Part shown: positions 38,022 through 45,957 of the stretch, piece by piece
Layout: every line of letters starts with the position of its first letter
Numbering within the stretch: position 1 is the first letter of the stretch
From: Clostridia bacterium
Lineage (GTDB): Bacteria; Bacillota; Clostridia; Christensenellales; Borkfalkiaceae
Assembly (NCBI GenBank): GCA_017453165.1
Contig: JAFTKR010000018.1
Location: 1 to 59,732, forward strand
DNA: 59,732 nt
Direction: 5' to 3'
Translations under genes and position numbers: made by a program
The notes under the pieces: model-generated
Told to the model about the DNA's origin: nothing
The model's database searches: none
Seen by the model: only the letters and a program-made list of their open reading frames with translations

Positions 38022-38981
38022 ATGCAAACGTTATTACGATCTACGAACGCCTATCAACTTTTAGAAACCGAGAGACGGGAAAATCGGCTCAGTCACGCCT
38101 ATTTGATCCTGATGGACGACGCTCGGTCGTTACGCCCTGCGCTCAACGTATTCGCAAAGGTGTTTTTCGGCGTGGAAAATTCGCAAGACCGTATCGCAAA
38201 ACTGATTGAAACGGAATCGTTTAGCGACTGTTTATTCTATCCGAAAAAAAATAAAAAATTCGCCGTTTCCGACGTGGACGAAATTAAAGAAGAAAGCGTT
38301 TTTAAACCGGTCGAAGGGGATAAAAAACTGTTCGTAATCGGGGATTTTGCCGAACTTTTAGTATCTAGCCAAAACAAACTTTTAAAACTTTTGGAAGAAC
38401 CGCCCGAAAACGTGTATTTTTTACTCGGCGCGACCACGTCTTATCCCATTTTACAAACGGTGCTCTCCCGCACGAAGAAATTGGAGATTCCACCCTTTGA
38501 AGAAAGGGAAATTTCGGCGTTTTTGTATCGGAACTATCCCAACGCAACCGATCCTTCTAAATTCCCGACGCTTTCCGCTATTTCAAACGGATACGTCGGC
38601 AACGCGCAAAACGCCTTGGAAGGCGGATATTTCGACGAGATCGTGGAAGACTGTTTCGAGCTTTGTTTAGGTTCGAAGATTCCCGTCGTTGCAAAAAAAT
38701 TAAACGACAGCAAACGGAAGAAGGAAATTCTGTCCTATCTTCGCTTGATTTTCCGCGACGCGCTGTTTTTGAAAACGGGCGCGCCCACGTCCTATCTCTT
38801 TTTAAAAAGCGAACGGGAAAGAATTGAAAAGGTGGGTAGCAGGTACGCGTTGAACGCGCTCGTTTACGCGCAAGAAGGCTTGACCAACGCGGAAAAACAA
38901 CTTAAATTCAATACCAATTTTGCGCAATGTATCGAGATTTTGTTTTTGAATATTCAAAACCGATCGAAAGAACGCTTGTAA
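38022..38981 (+). CDS. holB: DNA polymerase III delta' subunit
   Basis: It has the LSHAYLI motif and the LLKLLEEPPENVYFLL motif. It lies upstream of ricT/yaaT, as in Bacillus. Confidence 0.85.
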   Translation: MQTLLRSTNAYQLLETERRENRLSHAYLILMDDARSLRPALNVFAKVFFGVENSQDRIAKLIETESFSDCLFYPKKNKKFAVSDVDEIKEESVFKPVEGDKKLFVIGDFAELLVSSQNKLLKLLEEPPENVYFLLGATTSYPILQTVLSRTKKLEIPPFEEREISAFLYRNYPNATDPSKFPTLSAISNGYVGNAQNALEGGYFDEIVEDCFELCLGSKIPVVAKKLNDSKRKKEILSYLRLIFRDALFLKTGAPTSYLFLKSERERIEKVGSRYALNALVYAQEGLTNAEKQLKFNTNFAQCIEILFLNIQNRSKERL

Positions 38982-39012
38982 ATTTATAAAAGGTAGTTAT
39001 TAGGTAATATAT

Positions 39013-39861
39013 ATGACGAAAGTAGTAGGAATTAAATTTAAAAACGGTGGAAAACTGTATTATTTTTCGCCGAAAGAAGGGGACAAGTACGAACGGAATA
39101 TGCCCGTCGTCGTGGAAACGTCCAAAGGCTTGGAATACGCTTGGGTTGTTTTTCCCGAAAAGGAAGTCGCGGAAGAAGATTTGGTTTCCCCTTTAAAGCC
39201 GATTCTTCGGATTGCCACGCAAAAGGACAAGGAATTCTACGCATCCTGCGAAGCGAAAAAACCGCAAGCTATGAAACTTTGTAAAGAAAAAATTATCAAA
39301 CACGGCTTGGAAATGAAACTCGTGGATTGCGAATACGCGTTCGACGGCTCGAAAATCGTGTTTTACTTCACGAGCGCGTCTAGGGTGGATTTTAGAGAGC
39401 TTGTCAAAGATTTAGCGTCTGCTTTTAAAAACCGTATCGAACTTCGCCAAGTAGGCACGCGTGACGAAACGAAATATCTCGGCGGAATCGCGCCCTGCGG
39501 TAGAATTTGCTGTTGCGCGGGAAATATGCCCGAATTTAAAAAGGTGAGCATTAAAATGGCAAAAACGCAAGGTCTTTCCTTGAACCCCGGAAAAATCAGC
39601 GGAATTTGCGGAAGATTGATGTGCTGTTTAAGTTACGAAAGCGACTATTACGCGGAAGCGTATAAAAAAATGCCGAAAGTCGGTTCAGAAGTCGGCACGC
39701 CCGACGGGAAAGCGATCGTCGTTTCCGTGAATATGTTGAAAATGCAAGTCAAAACAAAAATGGACGACGGCAGTGGCGGTTGGATTTACAAAGATCATTC
39801 CGTAGAAGATCTCCGTTTTAAAAAATCCAATCAAGTTGAAAAGGAAGACGAAGAAGCTTAA
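39013..39861 (+). CDS. ricT: PSP1-domain regulatory protein RicT (YaaT)
   Basis: It has the PSP1 C-terminal domain with cysteine clusters CGRICCCAG and CGRLMCCLSYE. Confidence 0.9.
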   Translation: MTKVVGIKFKNGGKLYYFSPKEGDKYERNMPVVVETSKGLEYAWVVFPEKEVAEEDLVSPLKPILRIATQKDKEFYASCEAKKPQAMKLCKEKIIKHGLEMKLVDCEYAFDGSKIVFYFTSASRVDFRELVKDLASAFKNRIELRQVGTRDETKYLGGIAPCGRICCCAGNMPEFKKVSIKMAKTQGLSLNPGKISGICGRLMCCLSYESDYYAEAYKKMPKVGSEVGTPDGKAIVVSVNMLKMQVKTKMDDGSGGWIYKDHSVEDLRFKKSNQVEKEDEEA

Positions 39862-39875
39862 TTTTAAACTGATAT

Positions 39876-39914
39876 AAAAAATCCGTTACGGAAGGTTCCA
39901 TAACGGATTTTTTA
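39876..39914. terminator. Bidirectional intrinsic terminator
   Basis: The stem is AAATCCGTTA / TAACGGATTT. An A-run and a T-run flank it. Confidence 0.75.
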
Positions 39915-39925
39915 TTATCTTTATT

Positions 39926-41143
39926 TTATAAATTGGAAAATAATTCTTCTTGTTTTTCTATATTAATCGGTGTTGCAGGAGCTACTTTCAAACAGCAATC
40001 CGCGCCAACGATCCTTTCTACTTCGTAATTATTTTCATTCTTTTCTTTTATAGAAAAGACGTGTTTACCGTTGGTGTAAAGAATCGTACCGTCTTCCAAA
40101 ACACAATAATCGGCGACACCACGTACGAGTTCACGGGTAGTAACTTCCCCCGTCGCCATATCTTTTTTTACTTCGATCAGTTTCCAAGAGCGGGGGATAA
40201 AACCGTAAAATTTTTCTTTGGAATTTTTCTTTAACTCGTTTTCCACGCGAACGAAATTGTTGAGTACGAAAATCTTTCTTTCGTCTTTTTTAAAATTTCG
40301 CGCCATCGAACTTCCGCGACGGTTGTCTTTCACAAGTTGTTTACCGGAAAACATGGTCACGAAAAAGGAAACAAATCCGACGATTCCTTGTACTATCCGA
40401 ACGGGAATCAATAAAATCTCTAACAAAGGGTTACGCCTTTCTTTTTCTTTGGCAGGTTTTTGAATACAATAAAACCCTTTTTCCGTTTCAATCGGTTTCA
40501 CGAACGAGTATTCGGGATCGGACATCATTTCCGTGATTTCCATACTATCCAAATCAAGTAGATAGATTTCGCTCGGCGCGTATTCTAAGAAGTTATTATT
40601 CTCGTCCCTGCCTACCCCGTACGAGTTGAATAAGATTTTTCCGTCCTTTCTAAAGGAAGGATTTTCGTCCAAACTATCTCCGCTCGTCAAACACTTGTAT
40701 TCCGATTTATCTTCGGAAAAGAGCGCGATATCCGCTGTGACGTCTCCTTTTTTCACCGTTGCTAAAAGACCTAACGTGGTGTTTGTGAGCGTGGTAAAAT
40801 CGACTTCGTTCGACGAAACGACGTGCGCTTCCGTCTTTTTCTCGTCGCCTAAATATTTACAGTAAATTCCCGACGAATCGTTCACGGTAAACGAATAGAA
40901 TATCTTTCCGTCTTCTCCCGTAGGCGCGATGGAGTGAATTAAAACGTATACCCCTTCTTCTTCGTTAAAGAAGTAGTCCTCGTTCAACAGTCGTTCCGTA
41001 CGACCTTTGCGTTTCCATTCGTTATTTTTTGCCGTAGCAAGAGAAGTTTCGCGGTATCTTTTCACGTAACCGCTTTCGTATTCGGAAACTTTTCCATCTT
41101 TATATATGCAAATTTTTTCACCGTCTATATACAAAAATTCCAT
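39926..41143 (-). CDS. Hypothetical protein: beta-rich N-terminal region, one TM segment and a C-terminal domain
   Basis: The ORF is clean (405 aa). It has a TM helix (IVQGIVGFVSFFVTMF). I recognise no family. Confidence 0.5.
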   Translation of the reverse strand: MEFLYIDGEKICIYKDGKVSEYESGYVKRYRETSLATAKNNEWKRKGRTERLLNEDYFFNEEEGVYVLIHSIAPTGEDGKIFYSFTVNDSSGIYCKYLGDEKKTEAHVVSSNEVDFTTLTNTTLGLLATVKKGDVTADIALFSEDKSEYKCLTSGDSLDENPSFRKDGKILFNSYGVGRDENNNFLEYAPSEIYLLDLDSMEITEMMSDPEYSFVKPIETEKGFYCIQKPAKEKERRNPLLEILLIPVRIVQGIVGFVSFFVTMFSGKQLVKDNRRGSSMARNFKKDERKIFVLNNFVRVENELKKNSKEKFYGFIPRSWKLIEVKKDMATGEVTTRELVRGVADYCVLEDGTILYTNGKHVFSIKEKNENNYEVERIVGADCCLKVAPATPINIEKQEELFSNL

Positions 41144-41160
41144 CGTTATTTTTCCCTACA

Positions 41161-41467
41161 AGGAATTACCCCTTAATTTTAGATTTTTCTATCTTTCTTT
41201 TTTTGAGATTGCCACGCTTCGCTCGCAATGACAGTGGTTGACTTACCACCTAACCCATTCAACGCAAGTAAAACGCGGAGATGCAATCAAAAGAAGGAGA
41301 ACTCAAGTTCGACGATTTTCCACCAAACCTGTTCAAAGCAAGTAAAACGATTCAAATGCGAGCAGAACAAGGCGAGCGAGCACTGTCGCAGGAAGCGTAC
41401 TTAGCCGTACGTGACCAAGACAACGCGGAGCTCAACGCCATTATGCGAAGTATTTCAATCGTTTTAC
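41161..41467 (-). repeat. Modular 3'-end repeat element, copy R3. It follows rsmG and forms the left arm of the inverted pair.
   Basis: The head GTAAAACGATTGAAATAC starts 3 nt after the rsmG stop. 41171..41269 is the reverse complement of 45841..45937, differing by one substitution and a 2-nt indel. Confidence 0.9.
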
Positions 41468-41469
41468 AT

Positions 41470-42177
41470 TTACAAGGGGGATTTGCGTTCTCTCCCCTGC
41501 CCCCTCGGATACCTACTCGGCGTCGCTTTTATCTTTTTCACGATCGCTAAACTCCGATCTCCGTAGTTTTCAGGTAAGGAATAGGGGATAACTCGTTCGC
41601 ATTTTGCCCCTAAAATTTTATAGGCGGATTCCGCTTCTTTAATTTCCATCAAATCCCCGCTTTTATAGGCGATAAATTTACCACCAACGCGAACGAAAGG
41701 CAAACAATATTCGCTTAAACTGTTCATTCTCGCAACAGCGCGCGCCGTCGCGTAATCAAACTTTTCGCGAAACTTCCCATCTCTTGCGCCGTCTTCCGCC
41801 CGAACGTTATAAATATTCACTCCTTTAAGCCCTAAATTATCCACAACTACGGACAAAAATTCACATTTTTTTCCAATACTTTCAAACAGAGAAAAGGTAA
41901 GGTCGGGACGCAAAATTTTCAAAACGATAGACGGGAAGCCTGCTCCCGAACCAATTTCCGCAACTTTGCCGTTTTTTTCAAAAAAATCTACGCCTACCGC
42001 GCTATCCAAAAAATGCTTATAATAAACGTCTTTTTCTTCTAAAATAGTCGTCAAATTGTATTTTTGGTTATATTCCAGCAAAAGCGCGCGAAAATTCTCG
42101 AAAATTTCCCGTTTTTCACCCTGTATTTCGTTGTATAATTCTAAAATTCTTTGTTCCATTTCCATACTTATTTTCAT
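41470..42177 (-). CDS. rsmG: 16S rRNA (guanine527-N7)-methyltransferase RsmG (GidB)
   Basis: It has the SAM-binding loop IGSGAGFPSIVLKI and a conserved NLTTI..KHFLDS N-region. The start is uncertain, in the range 42159-42237. Confidence 0.85.
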   Translation of the reverse strand: MKISMEMEQRILELYNEIQGEKREIFENFRALLLEYNQKYNLTTILEEKDVYYKHFLDSAVGVDFFEKNGKVAEIGSGAGFPSIVLKILRPDLTFSLFESIGKKCEFLSVVVDNLGLKGVNIYNVRAEDGARDGKFREKFDYATARAVARMNSLSEYCLPFVRVGGKFIAYKSGDLMEIKEAESAYKILGAKCERVIPYSLPENYGDRSLAIVKKIKATPSRYPRGQGRERKSPL

Positions 42178-42294
42178 TATATCACAATTTTTCCGATTAT
42201 TCAAACGTTTTCTATCCCTTTCTAAAAATCTTCCCATTTTCTTTTTCTACGCCGTTTTTATAACTCCCTTTTCTGATAAATCAAAGCGTAAACA

Positions 42295-42720
42295 AACGAA
42301 GTTATCCACCCCAAGGTTGACAACGTTATCCACAGTGTTGATAAATAATGTGGATAACTGTTTTTATTTTATATTTATAAAAATAATTGTATAAAAATTC
42401 GTATATAAAAAATAACCAAAAAAAAGTTCTCCACTTATCCCAAATTTATCCACAATTTTATCCACTGAAAAAGGGATGGTTGTCCACAAAATTTTGTCGA
42501 ATAATTCCCTTATAAATAAAGGCAAAAAAGGAAAATTTCGGGAGTTTTCGACAATTCCACCGTCCCTATTATTATTACTATTAATATTTTATTATTCTCT
42601 ATACTCTTGTATAGGTTTTCTTTGAAAACCCAGCGACAAAACGTCTGAACCTTTCCTAAAAAATGAAATTATAAAATATAAAAATATCAACAAACAAATG
42701 TTTATAAAACGTCGAAAAAT
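42295..42720. other. oriC-like region: DnaA-box cluster 1, GC-rich spacer, trinucleotide-periodic tract and AT-rich tracts
   Basis: Perfect TTATCCACA boxes: 42326..42334, 42349..42357 (reverse complement), 42446..42454. One-mismatch boxes: 42302..42310, 42458..42466, 42480..42488. AT-rich tracts: 42361..42420, 42567..42600, 42661..42720. Confidence 0.75.
42567..42588 (-). promoter_or_regulatory. Candidate DnaA-trio tract
   Basis: The plus strand reads TATTATTATTACTATTAATATT. The minus strand reads TAA-TAG-TAA-TAA-TAA with 3-nt periodicity. A GC-rich CCACCGTCCC and a degenerate box ATTCCACC are adjacent. Confidence 0.4.
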
Positions 42721-42722
42721 TC

Positions 42723-42751
42723 TTGTTATTTTTTAAAGAATATGGTATAAT
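42723..42751 (+). promoter_or_regulatory. Extended -10 promoter of the SLOG-family gene
   Basis: TTGTTA, 17 nt spacer, TG-G-TATAAT. Confidence 0.5.
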
Positions 42752-42788
42752 ACAATCGAATTATGAAAAGAGAGTAAAAAAGATAGAA

Positions 42789-43295
42789 ATGGAGCAATTA
42801 GAATTGTTAGAATTAAGAGAATTGAAGAAACAGGATTTTTCAAACGCTTGCGCTTTTACGGGGCATCGGGAATTGGAAGCAGATTTTACGAACAAAGAAC
42901 TTTTAAAACGAGTAGAGTCTATGATACAAAAAGGCGTGAACGTATTTTATTGCGGAATGGCGAAAGGGTTTGATCTCGTAGCCGGAGAAACGGTGTTAAA
43001 GCTGAAAAAGAAGTATAAAGAAGTAAAATTGATCGCCTGCGTGCCTTACTACGGACAAGAACGTGGTTTTGAAGAAAAAGACAAAAAGCGGTACGCCAAT
43101 CTTTTAAAAAAATGCGACGAAAAAGTTCTGCTTTCGGAAAGTTATTATAAAGGATGTTTATTGGCGAGAAATCGGTACATGGTAGATAGATCCGCCTACC
43201 TGATCGCCTATTTAAAAAAGGACGTAGGTGGAACGGCTTACACTGTAAATTACGCCTTAAAAAAAGGGTTAGAAGTCGTTTATATAGAAAAGTAG
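42789..43295 (+). CDS. SLOG-family protein (DUF1273 / YpsA-like)
   Basis: It has the FTGHRELE motif, the GMAKGFDLVAGE glycine-rich loop and GGTAYTVNYA. The ATG at 42789 is the first start downstream of the promoter; the TTG at 42723 is discounted. Confidence 0.7.
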   Translation: MEQLELLELRELKKQDFSNACAFTGHRELEADFTNKELLKRVESMIQKGVNVFYCGMAKGFDLVAGETVLKLKKKYKEVKLIACVPYYGQERGFEEKDKKRYANLLKKCDEKVLLSESYYKGCLLARNRYMVDRSAYLIAYLKKDVGGTAYTVNYALKKGLEVVYIEK

Positions 43296-43452
43296 GAAAA
43301 GGGAAAAAGTAAAAGATTTATTTAGGCTTTTTCGGTAAAAGAGCGTATTTCGCTTGCTAAAAAAAAGGATTTATGGTACAATATTTAGGTGAATTGTAAA
43401 GTGTAAACACTTTAAAGACGAAATAGTGAAGATAGAAAAAAGGAGAACGAAA

Positions 43453-44550
43453 ATGAAGTTTATAAGCGATGGCGTGTTGTTATCCGACGCGGCGATCACC
43501 GTTTGTAAAGCGTGCGCGACGAAAACGTTGATTCCGGCGCTCAGTTGTATTAAATTAAGCGCGAAAAACGATACGTTGACTCTTTCTGCGTACGACGGAG
43601 AATTGTCGATTGAAAAGAGAATCCAAGTCGAAGTATTTGAAGAAGGGGACGTTTGCGTAAGCGGTAAATTTTTTGCCGATTTCATTAGTAAGATTGCGAA
43701 TTTTAGCGTTACGGTAGAAACGGACGAAAAGGGAATCGTCGTAAGATACGGCGATAATAATACGAAAATGCAAACGTTACCGGCAGAAGAATTTCCGAAT
43801 TTGGAAACCGATCCTACCGAAAAATATTTGGAAGTTAAGAGTTCGGATTTAAAAACCCTTATTAATAAGACGGTATTTTGTTGCGCGACGGACGAAAGTC
43901 GTCCAATCTTGAAAGGTTGCCTTTTGCAAACGAAAGGGGATAAGTTAGAAGCGACGGCTCTCGACGGGTTTAGAATGGCGGTCTACGAATGTGATAGAGT
44001 AGGTGGCGCGGATTTGAAAATCGTATGTCCGGCAAGAACGTTGACGGAAATTTCAAGAATGATCGAAAGTGAAGACGAACTTTTGAGATTGTACGTAACC
44101 AGAAACACGGTGTCGGTAGCAGTAGAAAATACCACGTTGACGTCGAGATTGTATCTTGGTGAATTCGTTAATAAAGACAACGTAATTCCGCCGAGTTTTG
44201 AAACGGAAATTACGGTGAACCGTTTGGCGTTGATCGACAGTATGGAAAGGGCGTCGGTATTGGCGCGTAGCGATAAATACAATTTCATGCTCTTTGATAT
44301 TAAGCCGAAAGGACTTCGTATCACGGCGAACTCCGAAATGGGGAACGTAGACGAATCGATCGGGATTTCGCTGGACGGCAAGGAATTGTTGATCGCGATG
44401 AACGGAAAATTTATGTTGGAAGCGTTGAAGGCGTTGGATGAAGAATTGATTAAGATCACGTTTAATTCGGGTAGCGAACCGTTCGTATTACAAAATATGA
44501 ACGACAAAAAAGGATTGTATTTAATTTTGCCTTTGAGAAGAAACGCGTAA
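43453..44550 (+). CDS. dnaN: DNA polymerase III beta sliding clamp
   Basis: The ATG at 43453 has SD AAAGGAGAA. It has a typical MKF... N-terminus and a three-domain length of 365 aa, with LxATDGxRM-like motifs (EATALDGFRMAV). Confidence 0.92.
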   Translation: MKFISDGVLLSDAAITVCKACATKTLIPALSCIKLSAKNDTLTLSAYDGELSIEKRIQVEVFEEGDVCVSGKFFADFISKIANFSVTVETDEKGIVVRYGDNNTKMQTLPAEEFPNLETDPTEKYLEVKSSDLKTLINKTVFCCATDESRPILKGCLLQTKGDKLEATALDGFRMAVYECDRVGGADLKIVCPARTLTEISRMIESEDELLRLYVTRNTVSVAVENTTLTSRLYLGEFVNKDNVIPPSFETEITVNRLALIDSMERASVLARSDKYNFMLFDIKPKGLRITANSEMGNVDESIGISLDGKELLIAMNGKFMLEALKALDEELIKITFNSGSEPFVLQNMNDKKGLYLILPLRRNA

Positions 44551-44639
44551 AAATTAAAAAATTTTCAACCTATTTAATGGAAAAAGAAAAGAAAGACTGA
44601 ATTTTTCCAAATAAAGACTCTTAAAACGAGTAAAAATGC

Positions 44640-44669
44640 TTGACGAATAAAGAAAAATTGAGTTATAAT
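44640..44669 (+). promoter_or_regulatory. Sigma-A-type promoter of rpmH
   Basis: TTGACG, 18 nt spacer, TATAAT. Confidence 0.6.
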
Positions 44670-44738
44670 AGGTAGAGATTTTCCGTGGGTGGAAAAAGAA
44701 AATAAGAAAAAGAAAGAAATAAATTCAGGAGAAGAAAT

Positions 44739-44873
44739 ATGAAAAGAACCTATCAACCTAAAAAGAGACAAAAGAGTAAAGTACACGGTTTCCGTAAAAG
44801 AATGGCTACGACGGCAGGTAGAAAAGTTTTAAAGAGACGTAGAGATAAGGGCAGAAAGAGACTTACCCATTAA
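44739..44873 (+). CDS. rpmH: 50S ribosomal protein L34 (not in the ORF track because it is under 60 aa)
   Basis: The translation is [44 protein letters not shown]. The SD is AGGAGAA. Confidence 0.95.
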   Translation: MKRTYQPKKRQKSKVHGFRKRMATTAGRKVLKRRRDKGRKRLTH

Positions 44874-44885
44874 TCTTAAAAATTA

Positions 44886-44909
44886 AAAACCGCCGTTTTG
44901 GCGGTTTTC
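44886..44909 (+). terminator. Intrinsic terminator after rpmH
   Basis: The stem is AAAACCGCC / GGCGGTTTT with loop GTTTT. Confidence 0.7.
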
Positions 44910-45070
44910 ATTAAAAATCCTTCCTTTTCCAAAACAAAAATTTGGTTAGGGAAGGAATTACGCTTTTTATTCGATTTTTTTTATTTTGAAAAATGTGCAA
45001 AAAAACGTTTAAAAAAGGTAGAAAAAATACCAAAAAGAGCGAAAAAATCCGCAAAAGGTAGGGAATATTT

Positions 45071-45388
45071 ATGCAATATTTAAGACTGAAAAAACAAGCG
45101 GATTATCAAAGACTTTTTAAAAAAGGTAAGCGCGCCTTTTCTTCTTCCCTTTCGATTATTTACGTGCCTTGCGAACATATGAGAATGGGACTTTCGATTG
45201 GAAAAAAACACGGAAAAAGCGTGCAAAGAAATCGGATTAAACGGCTTTTAAGAGAGTCTTTTCGGGCTTGTCAAGGAGAGTTTTCAAAAAATTATTCCGT
45301 GATTATAATCCCGAAAGTTTGTAGCGAGTATAGTTTAAATACGTACGTGCGGGACTTGAAATGGATGATCAAAAGAGAAAAATTATAA
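45071..45388 (+). CDS. rnpA: Ribonuclease P protein component
   Basis: It has the RNR-motif region KKHGKSVQRNRIKRLLRE. It lies between rpmH and yidD. Confidence 0.9.
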   Translation: MQYLRLKKQADYQRLFKKGKRAFSSSLSIIYVPCEHMRMGLSIGKKHGKSVQRNRIKRLLRESFRACQGEFSKNYSVIIIPKVCSEYSLNTYVRDLKWMIKREKL

Positions 45389-45687
45389 AGTTTGATATTT
45401 CTTATTTTTTCAAGGCAAACGCGAAATATTTAAGAAAAAATTTCTTTAAACCTTTTCTTCGCGGGCTTTGTATGCGTATGATACTTTTTTACCAAAAGTA
45501 CATTTCACGCCATACCTGTCTATACCGTCCGACCTGTTCGCAGTACACGCTGGAGTGTATTAATAACCACGGCGTAATCGTAGGAATATTACTCGGATCT
45601 TGGCGTATCTTACGCTGTAACCCGTTTTCAAAAGGTGGATATGATCCGGCGCCGGAGTGTTTTATTAAAAGTATCTGGCTTTTGTAA
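45361..45687 (+). CDS. yidD: Membrane protein insertion efficiency factor YidD
   Basis: The conserved core is FYQKYISRHTCLYRPTCSQYTLECI..RCNPF. The start is either 45361 (overlapping rnpA) or 45472. Confidence 0.8.
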   Translation: MDDQKRKIIKFDISYFFKANAKYLRKNFFKPFLRGLCMRMILFYQKYISRHTCLYRPTCSQYTLECINNHGVIVGILLGSWRILRCNPFSKGGYDPAPECFIKSIWLL

Positions 45688-45950
45688 AACGCGTATATAC
45701 GTCGCATTTCTTCGTTGCGACTGCGCGCGTTTTGGTCACGTACGGCTAAGTACGCTCCCTGCACCGTGCTCGTCGCGCCTTGAACTGCTCGTATCTCCGC
45801 GTTTTACTCGCTTCGAACGGGTTTGGTGATAAGTCGTCGAACTTGCGTTGAATGGGTTAGGTGGTAAGTTAACCACTGTCATTGAGCGAAGCGTGGCAAT
45901 CTCAAAAAAAGAAAGATAGAAAAATCTAAAATTAAGGGATTATCCCTTGA
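45685..45950 (+). repeat. Modular 3'-end repeat element, copy R4. It lies between yidD and yidC and forms the right arm of the inverted pair.
   Basis: It starts with the yidD TAA stop (TAAAACGCGTATATAC). The first unit is 45685..45806 and ends GTATCTCCGCGTTTTA. The tail 45841..45937 is inverted relative to 41171..41269. Confidence 0.9.
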
Positions 45951-45957
45951 AAAAGGA

